A DNA stretch of 64,000 nt from Octopus vulgaris (Eukaryota): assembly GCA_951406725.2 (NCBI GenBank), contig OX597823.1:103416001-103480000 (forward strand), in the 5' to 3' direction. Below the pieces are notes generated by a model, which saw only the letters and a program-made list of their open reading frames with translations, had not been told where the DNA came from and searched no databases. Position numbers and translations under genes: made by a program. Below, piece by piece: positions 26,095 to 38,946 of the stretch (its first letter is position 1; each line of letters begins with the position of its first letter).

Positions 26095-26872
26095 TGGTTG
26101 TGAAAAAGGAGAAAGCTATAAACCAGACTAGCAACATCTCCATCAATGATTTGACTGTTTCCCCTATATCTGATGAGGAATGTTACAGGTATCTAGGGTA
26201 CCTGTAACAAAACACATGTCCCTAAAGAATATCACAGTCGAATAAATAAAATTTGGACTTCAAAACTCTCTGCATTCAATAAAACAGTGGCCCAAAATGC
26301 GTTTGCAGTGCCAGAACTCATACCAACATTTGGGCTGTTTGATTGGACGCTTGATGAGATCCGAGCCATTGATGTGAAAACCCGAAAAATACTAAGAAGC
26401 ACACATAATTTCCACATAAACAGTGACGTAGACTGCTTCTACCTAAAACGAACACAAGGAGACAGAGAAAGCTAATTTGAAGACTACAGGTCCAATCCAT
26501 CATTGGAACTGTAAAAATCTGTAAAACTTTCCAGAAATTTATCATTTAAATATATATAATGTCTAGATAAGCAACTATTTGCATGAGAATACATACATAA
26601 AGCAAAACATACAAATCTGCACATATACATACATGCATACACTCATGCATACATGCATACATACATGCATACATACATGTATACATACATACATACATAC
26701 ACACACACATAATGCATATATACATAAATACATACATACATTCATTCATACATACAAACAAAATACCCTGTTGTTGGTGTTGAAATTTCAATGAAGGAGC
26801 CTTGAATCTAGGTTAGAAACCGACTCTTTATCTATTAGTAAGAAATCTTGAAATAAAACTGAACAATGATAT
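26095..26872 (+). mobile_element. R4/Dong-like LINE, internally deleted 3' portion
   Basis: ISINDLTVSPISDEECYRYLG, then IWTSKLSAFNKTVAQNAFAVPELIPTFGLFDWTLDEIRAIDVKTRKILRSTHNFHINSDVDCFYLKRTQG (R4 thumb), then LQVQSIIGTVKICKTF. The 3' UTR ends in (TACA)n. Confidence 0.85.
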
Positions 26873-26899
26873 ACATACATACATACATACATACATACA

Positions 26900-26934
<35 letters not shown>

Positions 26935-27279
26935 TGTCAATTTGTTGGTGATTGAATTCAAGTCAGCGAAGAGGAAATTAAATCTTAAAGACAAAACCAC
27001 AAGCACACATATCAAGTTGTGGTCCCGCAGTGTGTGACTGGAGTTTTGGCGGCGTATAACCGGTTCCTTAGACAAGTTAACATAAAACGGAAGGATACAA
27101 CTCATCACTCTGATGGCGGAAGGGAAGAGAAAAAGAGGACACATGGAAATTACCGAATATTTACACATACGTAGATGCATCCGAACATACATAGATACAT
27201 AGTCACACACACATACCAGTTTATATATATTTACATATATTTACATATATATATCATATATTTACATATATAAATATAC

Positions 27280-27552
27280 CAGTAATAATTTGTGCACTTT
27301 GGTTATGTGAGTAAATGCCTAGGTGACAATTTGGATAAGTTAGGTTTCAGAAAAGAAATCAACCAGGTAACTCGTGCATTATAAATTTATTGTTCCATCA
27401 GTGGAACAATAAAAATCTGAAAAACTTTTCTCAAGTTTAAAGTGTGAATTTGTTTTTGTTATCTACATACTACTAATAGAGCTTTGTATCTTTGTTAGAA
27501 ACCAGCTGCTTCCTTACACGAAGGTTTCAAATAATTAAAAATAGAAGATAAC
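27280..27552 (+). mobile_element. R4/Dong-like LINE 3' end, copy 3
   Basis: PVIICALGYVSKCLGDNLDKLGF...SISGTIKI.KTFLKF. The 3' UTR is like 60300-60365 and ends in (TACA/CA)n. Confidence 0.7.
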
Positions 27553-29053
27553 ATACATACACACATACATGCATAATACATAAATAGATACATACATATA
27601 CAAACATAGACGGACATACATACCTACATACGCTGATTACAGTTCAAGGCATTTTTCACCTGGGTCAGTACGAGAGAAAGAAAAAAAGAGAAAGAAAAAA
27701 GAAAGAAAAAATGAAAAGTGTGCGTATGGGCGTGAACATGAACAAATGCACATACTTGCACACATACACGTGAATACGTGCATGTGTGCAAGTATGTGCA
27801 CAACCAAACTCCCCCGTATATACTAACGCAAGGAGAAAAGGACTAAGGGTGAGAGCAAACTTTTGAATGTATGCATCTATGTATGCACATCTATGCATAA
27901 TATTTTACATACACATATGTATGCACATCTCTATACGAATGCATGACGTGTGTCATGCATTCGTATAATATATATATTCATACATACATATGTATGTATG
28001 TATGTATATGTGTGTGTGTGTGTGAATATGTGCGCACGCGCGTGTATGTACCTTACGCATCTCTTGCTTGGTGTGTATGTCTAAGAAAGCGTAACTCATT
28101 GGCTTACGTCGAACTCATTAGGCACTATTTAAAATATTGCATCAGAAGACTACTGACCTTACCACCAGTAAGTCAAATTTCTAACAGTTACTGGTATATT
28201 CACTAATATATGTTGAACTAGAGTTTTATTACGACACTATACAACTAGTTTTCTACTTCACACGTATCGTTGACTAATTTCAAAACAATATTTTAAGGAC
28301 TGTAGCACTGAGAAACAAATTTAAAGAAAGTGTTTTTTGTGCCTCAGATTTTAGACTCGATTCTAGATATATATTCTCACCATTGAATAAGAATATGACC
28401 TTCATTTATTTCTGGTGGCTCTAGTTTTTCGATAATGGCCTTATCAATAAATGTACCAAAATCAGGTACTATCGCAATAGAGGAGTAGTTTTTCTGCCCT
28501 TCTCGGAGGAAAAGGATTTTGTATTTTGCAGCAATTTTCAAGGCTTGTCGATAACTAAAGTACGAATCCCGTACTGAGGGCAATTCTTTTTGTCTATTTG
28601 TCTATTTTCCTTTCTGGAAGAAGTTTGTTGTGATCAGAGGTGGAGACTGTGGTGATCAGACTGGGAGAGGTCTAAAAACACACACGATAAATTGTATGTC
28701 AAAATGTAACCCCCTACAACTTCATCAGGAGTTGAAAGTCTCAAGGCAAAGTAAACTACGAGGACACATATGTTACTAGAATGGTTAGACTAACATAAAA
28801 GTTGTTATACTACGTTTTTGCATCGGTGGATCTCGAAGCAGATAAAGCTATAAATAGTAAATTAGGTAAAAAAATCTCATTGGATAGAAAATGTCGAATT
28901 GAAAGCTGTTCGATGTACTCGAACATGTATCACCTGATTCGTGCATATGGAGACACAGATGCTTGCATACAAAAATACACACATGTGCGCATGCATATAT
29001 ACACACATACACACATGCATACACAAACACACACATAAATATATGCGTACAGT

Positions 29054-29400
29054 GAAGGCGCATGGCTCAGTGGTTAGAGCGCCGGGCTCACAATCATGAA
29101 GTAGTGAGTTCGATTTCCAGACCTGGCTGTGTGTTGTGTTTTTGAACAAGACACTTTATTTCAGGTTGCTTCTGTTCACTGAGCTGTAAAAGTGAGCTTC
29201 GAAGTCACAGGTGCGAAACTGTATCGGTCCCTTTGCCTTTCCTTCGGACAACATTAGTGGCGTGAAGAGGGGAGGCTGGCATGCATGAGCGAGTGCTGGC
29301 CTTCAATAAATATATTTGCTCGGATTCGTGGGGACTTGCTAGGTGGAACTTTCTAGGTGTAATCCTATGGTCATTCATGACCGAAGGGGGTCTTTACCCT
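29054..29400 (+). mobile_element. tRNA-derived SINE family D
   Basis: A box TGGCTCAGTGGTTAGAGC and B box GAGTTCGATTTCC. Second copy at 62108-62320. Confidence 0.8.
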
Positions 29401-30218
29401 TTTATCTTTTATATGAATACACGTATGTATACATATACAAGTACTATGTATGTTCCTACATACATAATACATATGGGGATACATACATAGTTCCTATATA
29501 CATACATGGAGACACAGACACGTACAAAATATGTTTGGTAGACTTCGAACGAGGCCACAGCACGTAGGGGCTGAGAATACAGTCGGCTGCTCTCAGCGCA
29601 TGACTAGTGCATAATATTGTCGACCTCGAATGAATGAAAGGAAAAATTGATCTCAGAGGGATTTCAATTGAGAACGTAAAAAGACGTAACAAAATATCAC
29701 TTGGCTACATTTTCTCCGCCTCTTTACCAAGTCAACCATCTACTGCCCCTCTTCCTCTATTGCTTTCTTCCCGTCTCCCCAAGCTCTTTAATATGTTAGA
29801 CACTTGAGACGTTTGCGAAGTAAGCCATTTTATGTTGACAGATTTAGACAGCAATAATAACTAACACTACCAGCACCACCACAACCACCACCACCACCAC
29901 CACAACAACAACAACAACAACAACGACAACAAAAACTGCTGCAATGACTGCACAAGCGACAGTGGCAGTAGTAGCTATGAATGTAAATTAGAAGTGTTTG
30001 GTTTGTCAACTTTTGCGACAGCGTGTGAATTACTGTGCAGACATGCATACAAGACAATCGTTGTGTAGCTGGCTTTTGAATGGAATGAGTGCTTGGTAAG
30101 GCATAGTAGAATATATGTATTAGAAATGTGCATTAGAATACTGGTAATACAAGACGTTGTATATGATAGACTAATAGGGGTGTGTATGTGTGTATAAGTA
30201 TATATGTATATACGTATA

Positions 30219-30299
<81 letters not shown>

Positions 30300-30759
30300 C
30301 ATATATATATGTTTTAGCTACGGCACTCTTGAATGCTACTGGTAATATGTGACGCAGTACAACCATAGTCACCACCACAACCACCACCACCACCACCACC
30401 ACCACAACAACAACAACAACAACAACAACGACAACAAAAACTGCTGCAATGACTGCACAAGCGACAGTGGCAGTAGTAGCTATGAATGTAAATTAGAAGT
30501 GTTTGGTTTGTCAACTTTTGCGACAGCGTGAGAAGGCACTCTGAAATCAAACCTACAGTTGATGTAGCTATCACTCATCTTGCAATGCAATTAGAGTGGG
30601 ATATGTGTTGTGTAATATATCTGGACTGTCTTGCCTCTCTATTAAGTTTCTGCGTGCAGACTTAACTTGTTGAAGGCGCACAGTCGTAGGGTTTTGAGAG
30701 CACACAGACGTAATGGAAATTATTGCAGACGGTTGTCATCTGTCAAAATGAAGCGATCA

Positions 30760-31683
30760 TGTATGTATGTATGTATGTATGTATGTATGTATGTATGTAT
30801 GTATGTATGTATGTATGTATGTATGTATGTATGTATGTATGTATGTATGTATGTATGTATGTATGTATGTATGTATGTATGTATGTATGTATGTATGTAT
30901 GTATGCATGCATGTATGTATGTATGTATGTATGTATGTATGTATGTATGTATGTATGTATGTATGTATGTATGTATGTATGTATGTATGTATGTATGTAT
31001 GTATGTATGTGTATGTATGTATGTATGTATGTATGTATGTATGTATGTATGTATGTATGTATGTATGTATGTATGTATGTATGTATGTATGTATGTATGT
31101 ATGTATGTATGTATGTATGTATGTATGTATGCATGCATGTATGCATGTATGCATGCATGTATGCATGTATGTATGTATGTATGTATGCATGCATGCATGT
31201 ATGTATGTATGTATGTATGTATGTATGTATGTATGTATGTATGTATGTATGTATGTATGTATGTATGTATGTATGCATGCATGCATGCATGTATGTATGT
31301 ATGTATGTATGTATGTTCTTGGTATGATTTTAAATTGCATGCGGTAGTGGGGCCCTGGTATAAGGCTTTCAGGAACGTGGTATCACCTCATAATCACTAT
31401 TGTTCTCAGGTCCACTCTGAGTTAGAATTGGCCTTACTCGGTCTTACTCGGTTACGAGTTGACTTCAACCATACGTACATACATACATACATATATACAT
31501 ACATGCATACATACATACATACATACATACATACATACATACATACATGCATACATGCATGCATACATACATACATACATACATACATACATACATGCAT
31601 GCATACATACATACATACATACATACATACATACATACATACATACATACATACATACATACATACATACATACATACATACA

Positions 31684-31717
<34 letters not shown>

Positions 31718-31850
31718 CATACATACATGCATGCATGCATGCATGCATGCATACATACATACATACATACATACATGCATGCATACATACATACATACAT
31801 ACATACATACATGCATGCATACATACATACATACATACATACATACGTAC
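30760..31850. repeat. (TATG)n array (~30760-31315) facing a (CATA)n array (~31470-31850)
   Basis: Direct inspection. Both arrays carry TGCA interruptions. Confidence 0.95.
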
Positions 31851-31939
31851 GTACGTAGTACGTTTGTATGCATGTATGTATGTACAAATGTATCTATCTA
31901 TCTATCTATATTCAAAAATCCCGCACCTCGCCAGGAGTT

Positions 31940-32268
31940 TCAGTTGTTGATTGGAAGAGGGATGCACAAGACTGAAATGGATGGAGGAAAAGAGTGCAGA
32001 GTGGTTGTTTGAAGTTTGAAAGAGAGGGAATAAAACAGGAGAAGATCAAGAGAATGTTTAGAAAGAAGGAACCTGTGGAAAATGAGGGTGTTGCGTGTTA
32101 TGTGTGTGATTTGTGTGAGGAAATGCTTGAATCATGCCGGCCTGGTCAGCCCTCAGAGAGCTCATAGGAATCAACTCTTGTAAATTGTGATATGGCTATG
32201 TGCAACCTGTGGAAAGGTGTACCTTTCAGTTGGAGGATTGAAAAGGCATGTCAAAAGACTTCATACTG
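31940..32268 (+). mobile_element. RTE-clade LINE C-terminal remnant with C2H2-like fingers
   Basis: YVCDLC..KCLNHAGLVS.QRAH and WLCATCGKVYLSVGGLKRHVKRLH, frameshifted. Confidence 0.55.
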
Positions 32269-32717
32269 TATTTCAAAGGACCATCCTTGTCACATTCTGT
32301 GTCAAGCTGAATCTCCCTGAGAACTATGTTAAGGGCTGAACAACTGTGGAGTGCTCAACCACTTGCACGTTAATTTCACGAGTAGGTTGTTCCATTGATC
32401 GGATCAACTGGAACCCTCGTCATCGTAATCGACAGTGCTACAGAATATTCTTTGTTTGTTTGTTTCTTCCCTCCTTCCTTCCTTTTCTCTCTTACACATA
32501 ATCTCGAAGAAACTAGTGAGGTTTTATATCAGCAGACTGCATGTAGTGAAACCTATGAGTTTAAATATGATTGTGTAACGTGGGGGATAAAAAAAATGGA
32601 TACTGACGTTTCGGAGAGGCTAACTCTTCGTCTGGGAGAAACTTATTTCTCTCGACATTTGTTCACCATAAACTAACACAACTGTCCCCCCCACCACCAC
32701 TACCACTACTGTGTGGA

Positions 32718-33096
32718 AGCACTCTGTCGGTTACGACGATGAGGGTTCCGGTTGATCCGATCAACGGAACAGCCTGCTCGTGAAATTAACGTGTAAGTGG
32801 CTGAGCACTCCACAGACACGTGTACCCTTAACGTAGTTCTCGGGGATATTCAGCGTGACACAGAGAGTGACAAGGCCGGCCCTTTGAAATACAGGTACAA
32901 CAGAAACAGGAAGTAAGAGTGAGAGAAAGTTGCGGTGAAAGAGTACAGCAGGGATCACCACCATCCCCTGCCGGAGCCTCGTGAAGCTTTAGGTGTTTTC
33001 GCTCAATAAACACTCACAACGCCCGGTCTGGGAATCGAAACCGCGATCCTACGACCGCGAGTCCGCTGCCCTAACCACTGAGCCATTGCGCCTCCA
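32718..33096 (-). mobile_element. tRNA-derived SINE family C, near full length
   Basis: Minus strand GGAGGCGCAATGGCTCAGTGGTTAGGGCAGCGGACTCGCGGTCGTAGGATCGCGGTTTCGATTCCCAGACC (A and B boxes), followed by a body shared with 25670-25945 and 32270-32440. Confidence 0.9.
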
Positions 33097-33874
33097 CAAC
33101 TACTACTTGTACACTCAAGTATAACATACACTTCCACACCTGTAAAAATACCACCACAACCTCACCGCTACACTCTTTCACAACTACCACACCACCGGTG
33201 CTCGTACATCATCACTACTACCACATACCACGCTAACACACCAGGAACACTACCAGACACTACTGTCGCCTATAATATACCACACACTGACATCATCATC
33301 AACAACGGCAACAATAACTATCACCACATTTGCACCAAGTATATCATGTTTCGACAGTTTAGTAAACTTTTAGTAAACTTTGTAAAAAATTCCCGTAAAG
33401 CCATTATTGTGATCGACAATCGAATTTGATTTCTGCAGGTCAGAGAAAATGTAAGATAAATGTTGAAGAACACTTATGTAACCAGTGCAACGTCTGAGAT
33501 AAGTAAATTGAATTAAGATAACAACAGACACAAATTCTATACTAAAGCGAAACGACAATTCGGAAAACTAAATTTAGCTAAAAAATTGCATTTATCTTTG
33601 AAAGTGTAATAACCACAAAGCCCTCTCCAACCACAAAACTGCAACCACGACAAAAATACAAAAAGAAATTCTAAAGAAGTGAAGAATGATATTAAAATTT
33701 AATGTCGGATTTAATTTCGAAATTCATAGATTTTAATTTCTGGGGTTGGATGACTGTCTTGGTGGTCGGCTACCGGCAAAATTGGTGAGAGGGTTTTTAG
33801 AAAAAAAAAAAAATCTAGGCATTTTGTTTTTGCATCATGTGTTCAAATCAAGTCGGATCTGAACACATGTTAGC

Positions 33875-33942
<68 letters not shown>

Positions 33943-34118
33943 GAGAAAAACCACTATTATGTAATTCAAACAATGATAGATGTAAATCACACCATATAGA
34001 AAAAATAAAATATATGATAAAAAATTTATCTAGATCACAATAAAGTATATAATAATAAATAAACAGTATATAATTGTATATATAAATTTATATATACAGT
34101 TATTTACAATTATATATA

Positions 34119-34194
<76 letters not shown>

Positions 34195-34388
34195 ATATAC
34201 TAAAATATATACTAAAAATATATACTAAAAATATATACTAAAAAATATATACGCTTTATTTATTATTTTGCAATTTACTTAATCATCGATATATTATTGT
34301 TATTTTATTTTTAATATTTCTATTATATGTAATTTTCTAGATTGTGTAATTTAATTGTTCATTTTGAATTGATAAAAGGTGTTTTTTC

Positions 34389-34453
<65 letters not shown>

Positions 34454-34531
34454 AATCCGATTCTCTATTTTGATTTTGTTTTTCTTTTTTCTAGATTCTA
34501 CTTAGGATCATCTGACAACCATCTCTCAACA

Positions 34532-34651
34532 ATGGTATCTGGTACTTTAATCACCCTTCTCTCTTTATTGCTTGTCCTGCCCAACATGGACGCTTCTAAT
34601 ACAGTACCGGTGGTACAAGGCAGTGCTGACGTCCCCACAAATGGGACCCAG
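34532..34651 (+). CDS. Secreted Cys-rich peptide precursor, coding exon 1 (exon 34495-34651 including 37 nt of 5' UTR)
   Basis: Acceptor TTTTTCTTTTTTCTAG|34495, ACAATGG Kozak context, MVSGTLITLLSLLLVLPNMDA-SNTVPVVQGSADVPTNGTQ (hydrophobic signal peptide, NGT sequon), donor CAG|GTAAGT, phase 0. Confidence 0.85.
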
Positions 34652-34867
34652 GTAAGTATCCGACTGAACAAACTGTTATTTTTCTTCACCTCCCCCCTCC
34701 CTGCCTACCCCCGTCCTTACTTCTTATTAGTCCTGAAAGCCCTGTAAAGAGTCATGAGTATTATACTCACCCACTGACTAAAGCACATACACACACACAA
34801 ACAAAAAAAAAAACATCGAAAAGTATTTCATGTGATTCTACTATTTAATTTATACACCTTCTATCAT

Positions 34868-35290
34868 GGCGGCGTGCTGACAAAATCGTTAGCACACCGG
34901 GCGAAATGCTTGACAGCATTTCGTCCGTCTTTATGTTCTGAATTCAAATTCTGCCGAGGTTGAGTTTGGCTTTCATCCTTTCTGGTTCGATAAAATAAGT
35001 ATTAGTTGAGCCCCGGTGTCGATGTAATCGACTAGTCCCTCCTTCGAAATTCTGTCCTTGTGTCAAAATTTGAAATCAATTTATATAATTTCTTTAAAGT
35101 GCTGAGATGGCAGAATCGTTACCGCGCCGGACAAAAATGCCCAGCGGCATTTGTTTTGGTTTTACATTCTGAGCTCAGATGTCATCGAGGTCAACTTAGC
35201 CTTTCATTCTTTCAGGATCAACTGAGCACTTGGGTCGATGTAATCGACTAGCCCCTTTCCATAAACATTTCAAGCCCTGCGCCTATTGTA
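34868..35290 (+). mobile_element. Two tandem SINE family A copies
   Basis: GGCGGCGTGCTGACAAAATCGTTAGCACACCGGGCGAAATGC... with a second head at ~35100. Confidence 0.8.
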
Positions 35291-36023
35291 TAACTTAAAA
35301 CGCCTTATATAGAGATAGCCTCTTGTGGATCTAACGAAAAAGGTTTTTTACAATCGCTGGAACTGCTAAAAATAGTAATCCAATATCTATGGAATCACAT
35401 CTTCCGACGTGGGTGAGTCTACGAAGAATCACGTAGTGACTTCATCATTAGCTAAGTACCAGTAATAAGATTGATTCCACCGAGTGGATTCATCGTTGGC
35501 TGAGTACCAATAATATAATTAATTGCTTTCATAAAATTGAATATATTCTTCAACTACAAGTCTATGGGGTTGTATACAAAACCAATATTAAATTGTTGGC
35601 AATTTAATACTGACACCTACCTAGGATGCACTTTCAATCATTTTAGGTAAGACGATATGAACTGCTGCCTTTTCTGTCGTTGCTCAGTATCAGACTGAAT
35701 TTTATTTATGGAAATTTCTCCAGACAATTCCTTGATTCTTCGCCCCTGTAATTTGCTTCGCAACACCTAGCGCTCCTATAATAATCACAACTTTTCCTAT
35801 ATTCCACACCTTCTATATTTCAATCTCCAGGATTTGATATTTACCTTTTTTTTCTTTTTTAATTGTTTCCATCATTGGACTGCAGCCACGATGGGGCAAC
35901 ACCTTAAAGGCGAATCCAGTATTTATTTTTTTAAAAGTCTGGTGCTTCTTATTTTACCGAACCATTAAGTTGTGAGGACATAAACAAGGCAACATAGGTT
36001 GTCAAGCAGTGAGGGGTGTGTGC

Positions 36024-36058
<35 letters not shown>

Positions 36059-36345
36059 CGACAGCCTTCCACAGAGTGTCCGTCAACTACATTTATTCAC
36101 AAACCATTGACCGGCACAGCCTTATAGTAGGAGACACTAGCCCGAGGCATCGCGCAGTGGGATTGAATCGCTGTAAAGCGAGCCTCTTCGCCACACTCCA
36201 CCGCCTAAACAGTTTTTCTGACCACTAAAGTTTTATCATTATTCAGCTAAGTTACACCAGTCAGTGTACAAGACAGTGTTCCCTTCTATTTTATTATTAT
36301 TGTCTCCTTGTTTGTATATGTATCTGCATATTATTGAGAATCTTA

Positions 36346-36564
36346 TTTCTCTATTGCCCACATAGAGGAGAAAAACAAGGACATACAAAGGGATTAACCG
36401 ATTACATCCACCCCAGTTCGTAACTGGTTCTTAATTTATAGACCCCGAAAAGATGAAAGGCAAAGTCGACCTCGGCGGAATTTGAACTCAGAACGTAACG
36501 GCAGACGAAATACGGCTACGCCATTCGCCCAGCGTGCTAACGTTTCTGCCAGCTCGCCGCCTTT
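36346..36564 (-). mobile_element. SINE family A with 16-bp TSD
   Basis: TSD ATTATTGAGAATCTTA at 36330-36345 and 36565-36580. Confidence 0.92.
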
Positions 36565-37102
36565 ATTATTGAGAATCTTACCATTTATATTTTTACTAGA
36601 ATCACCAAGTAATGGTTTAAGATTTTTCTATATCTGGGAGTTTTATTTCATTCCATATCTTCCAGTAAGCGTTAGATAGCATAGAAACATTGTTCTGTCG
36701 TTTAATGTGTAATACGTATATAGAAAGACAAATAAATACAAGTAGCCTTAATGCGTATATATTTACATGGCAGATAGATATCGCTGATGAATACTACTCG
36801 GTATCATCTATACTAAACTTATTGTGTGTTCGCCCACATACTGTACACACAGAGTCGTGGCTAGTCTCGGGCAACCATCTAGCAAATGTCGTCGACGATC
36901 TCAGCAAACAGGCGACAGATGCAGTATTTTGGCTGGGCATTCTGCTTCAGAATTACTCTTTTGGTAAATATTATTAAGTCGTTCTCACACGGCATTTGTT
37001 AACCTTGGAAATGCGTATGTCTGTTTTCCAAAACATAGACCAAATTCTTATTTCAAGAGAAAGGAAACACGATGTATTTTTCTTTGATTTTTGATAATAA
37101 AG

Positions 37103-37170
<68 letters not shown>

Positions 37171-37599
37171 GATAATAACATTAACAACAATCACAAAAAC
37201 AACAACAACGAAAATAGCTGTATAATGTAGATTGTATTTCAAATATTTTTGTCTCTAAACGGTTGTTTTGGAATTGGTCATTTAAGTGTTTCTTCATCTT
37301 GTAATACAAGAAGTAAGCTCGCTCAATTCTCACTCACAACACTTACGTATTGACACACACACACACACAAATGTACACACACACATGCACACACACACAT
37401 ACAAACATACACATACATACACAAAAGATTGAGAAAAAGAAAAAGAGCAAACTGACAGACAGATGAATATTGATAGATCGACAGACAGTTGCGTGTGTTT
37501 CTGTGTGTGTACATATGTGTGTCCGTGTGTGTGTGTGTGTGTGTGTCCACATTGGCCTGTTATATGCAACGGGTATACGGCTATATTAGAATTTTTGGG

Positions 37600-38946
37600 G
37601 TCTGTTTCGAGGCAGACCTCCAGTTGGAGAAGAATTGGGACGAGAGCAAACTATCATTGAACGGTTGGACAGGGATGGAAACCGCATTCACTGTCTTCGT
37701 TACTACCATCGTGCTTTGCCTCAGTTTTCATCTGATCAGGTTGAAGTGTCTGCTCTTTCGTTTCTTTTGAAATGGGATGTGTCCTAGTGGCTTGAAGGCC
37801 AAAGTGCTGCCAACACTTTCCGCGTGAAGGGTTTGGTATACCGTGGCTGATAATACGCACTTGCGTGTGCGCGGCGAGTTGGTTAGGAGTTGGAGCGTTG
37901 CATTGAATGCCTTAGTTTATTTGTTCCAAGTTTCTGCATTCTGAATACAAATTCTGCGTATCAATTCTGCCAGTATCATCTGCAAGGATTCCTAAACAGT
38001 GAAAAGAGGTCACGTAAACCTTCTCTTTGATCAACGTGTGATCCAGCTTCAATGAAAGACCAAGACTGCGCTGAACACTTGTCATCTTGAATGATGTCAA
38101 TCGATCACAGTTCTTTATCAGTTAGGACAGTTAGGCCAGAAATTTAATGTAAGTTGTTTAAATCACTGCTCAGAAAATTCTCCAGAATAAACCGTTCAGT
38201 AGGTCTCCGTCAATAACCAGTGTCTCCTTAAGAACGTGGTATGTTAACTGTTGCATTTTATAGATGGCTTGTGGTAACCAAGAGCCATAACGTTCTTGGG
38301 AAGACTCCATGGTATCGCCGGAGACCTACGAAACGGTTAATTCCGTTGGATTTTCAGAGTAATGATATAAGGAGCTTTCAGAAAATTCTGGTCCGACTGC
38401 CCAAATGGTAAAGAAATATAATCGATTGACATCGTTGAAGATGCCAGGTGTTCACTTCAATCTTGGTCTTTGATTGAAGCTGGAACACACGTCGACCAAA
38501 GAGAAGATTTCTGGCTTGACTGTACTGAAGAATATTGCTAGTTTTGGATAAATTCTACAGGTTAGGATAACGACGTCAGCCTGGCTTGTCCATGTGCTCA
38601 GGGTGACGGAACCATTATACGTCTTTGTCCTGTGTCCCGTTATTGCTGAATTGTGGAATTATGTCAAACAACTGCCATCACGTATAAGACGGATGAAGCT
38701 ATCACCGAAGCTCTACCACTTCCTTCAGTTGACTCACTATCTATCCACATAGCGGTCTGGTTCAAAATAAACACCAGGCATCTTAACGGGATGCTGGCCG
38801 ACTCAGTTACTCACGATGTTGGCCGACATGAGCATGTTTCTCTCCAGGTGCCGAACTGTAAGCACACCAATGCCCTTGTTTAATGCGTGGTCTTGTTATT
38901 ACCTCGTATTCCTTAGACGGATCAAAATGCTCAAAATTCCTTGAGG
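37600..38946 (-). mobile_element. Highly degenerate Gypsy-type LTR retrotransposon pol relic (RNase H-integrase)
   Basis: Minus-strand fragments HFDPSKEYEVIT..DHALNKGIGVL (cf. HFDP...DAS..GIGAVL), GQRRIMVPSP, QARNLLF, IDYI and ETLVIDG. Many stops and frameshifts. Confidence 0.5.

Noticed and set aside
26786-26830. Hammerhead-like CAATGAAGGAGCCT...AGGTTAGAAACC in the R4 3' UTR
   Set aside because: The CUGANGA core is absent and stems I and III do not form; only a hairpin.
28377-28740. Possible Penelope GIY-YIG end plus CTGATGAAG on the minus strand
   Set aside because: Protein similarity is too vague and there is no GAAA core after the stem.
30667-32012. Longest ORFs in the track (429 aa MYVC repeats, and all YI/HT/CV/poly-M/poly-I ORFs elsewhere)
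   Set aside because: Translations of stop-free microsatellites, with no splice or domain evidence.
32090-32265. Host C2H2 zinc-finger exon
   Set aside because: Frameshifted, lacks splice sites, and is preceded by RTE-type C-terminal sequence.
33020-33096. tRNA gene (also 29057-29130 and 62108-62175)
   Set aside because: A and B boxes are heads of tRNA-derived SINEs, each followed by a shared SINE body, with no intact cloverleaf.
34379-34747. 122-aa ORF as a single-exon gene
   Set aside because: Only 34532-34651 is exonic. The flanks are microsatellite or intron beyond strong splice sites.
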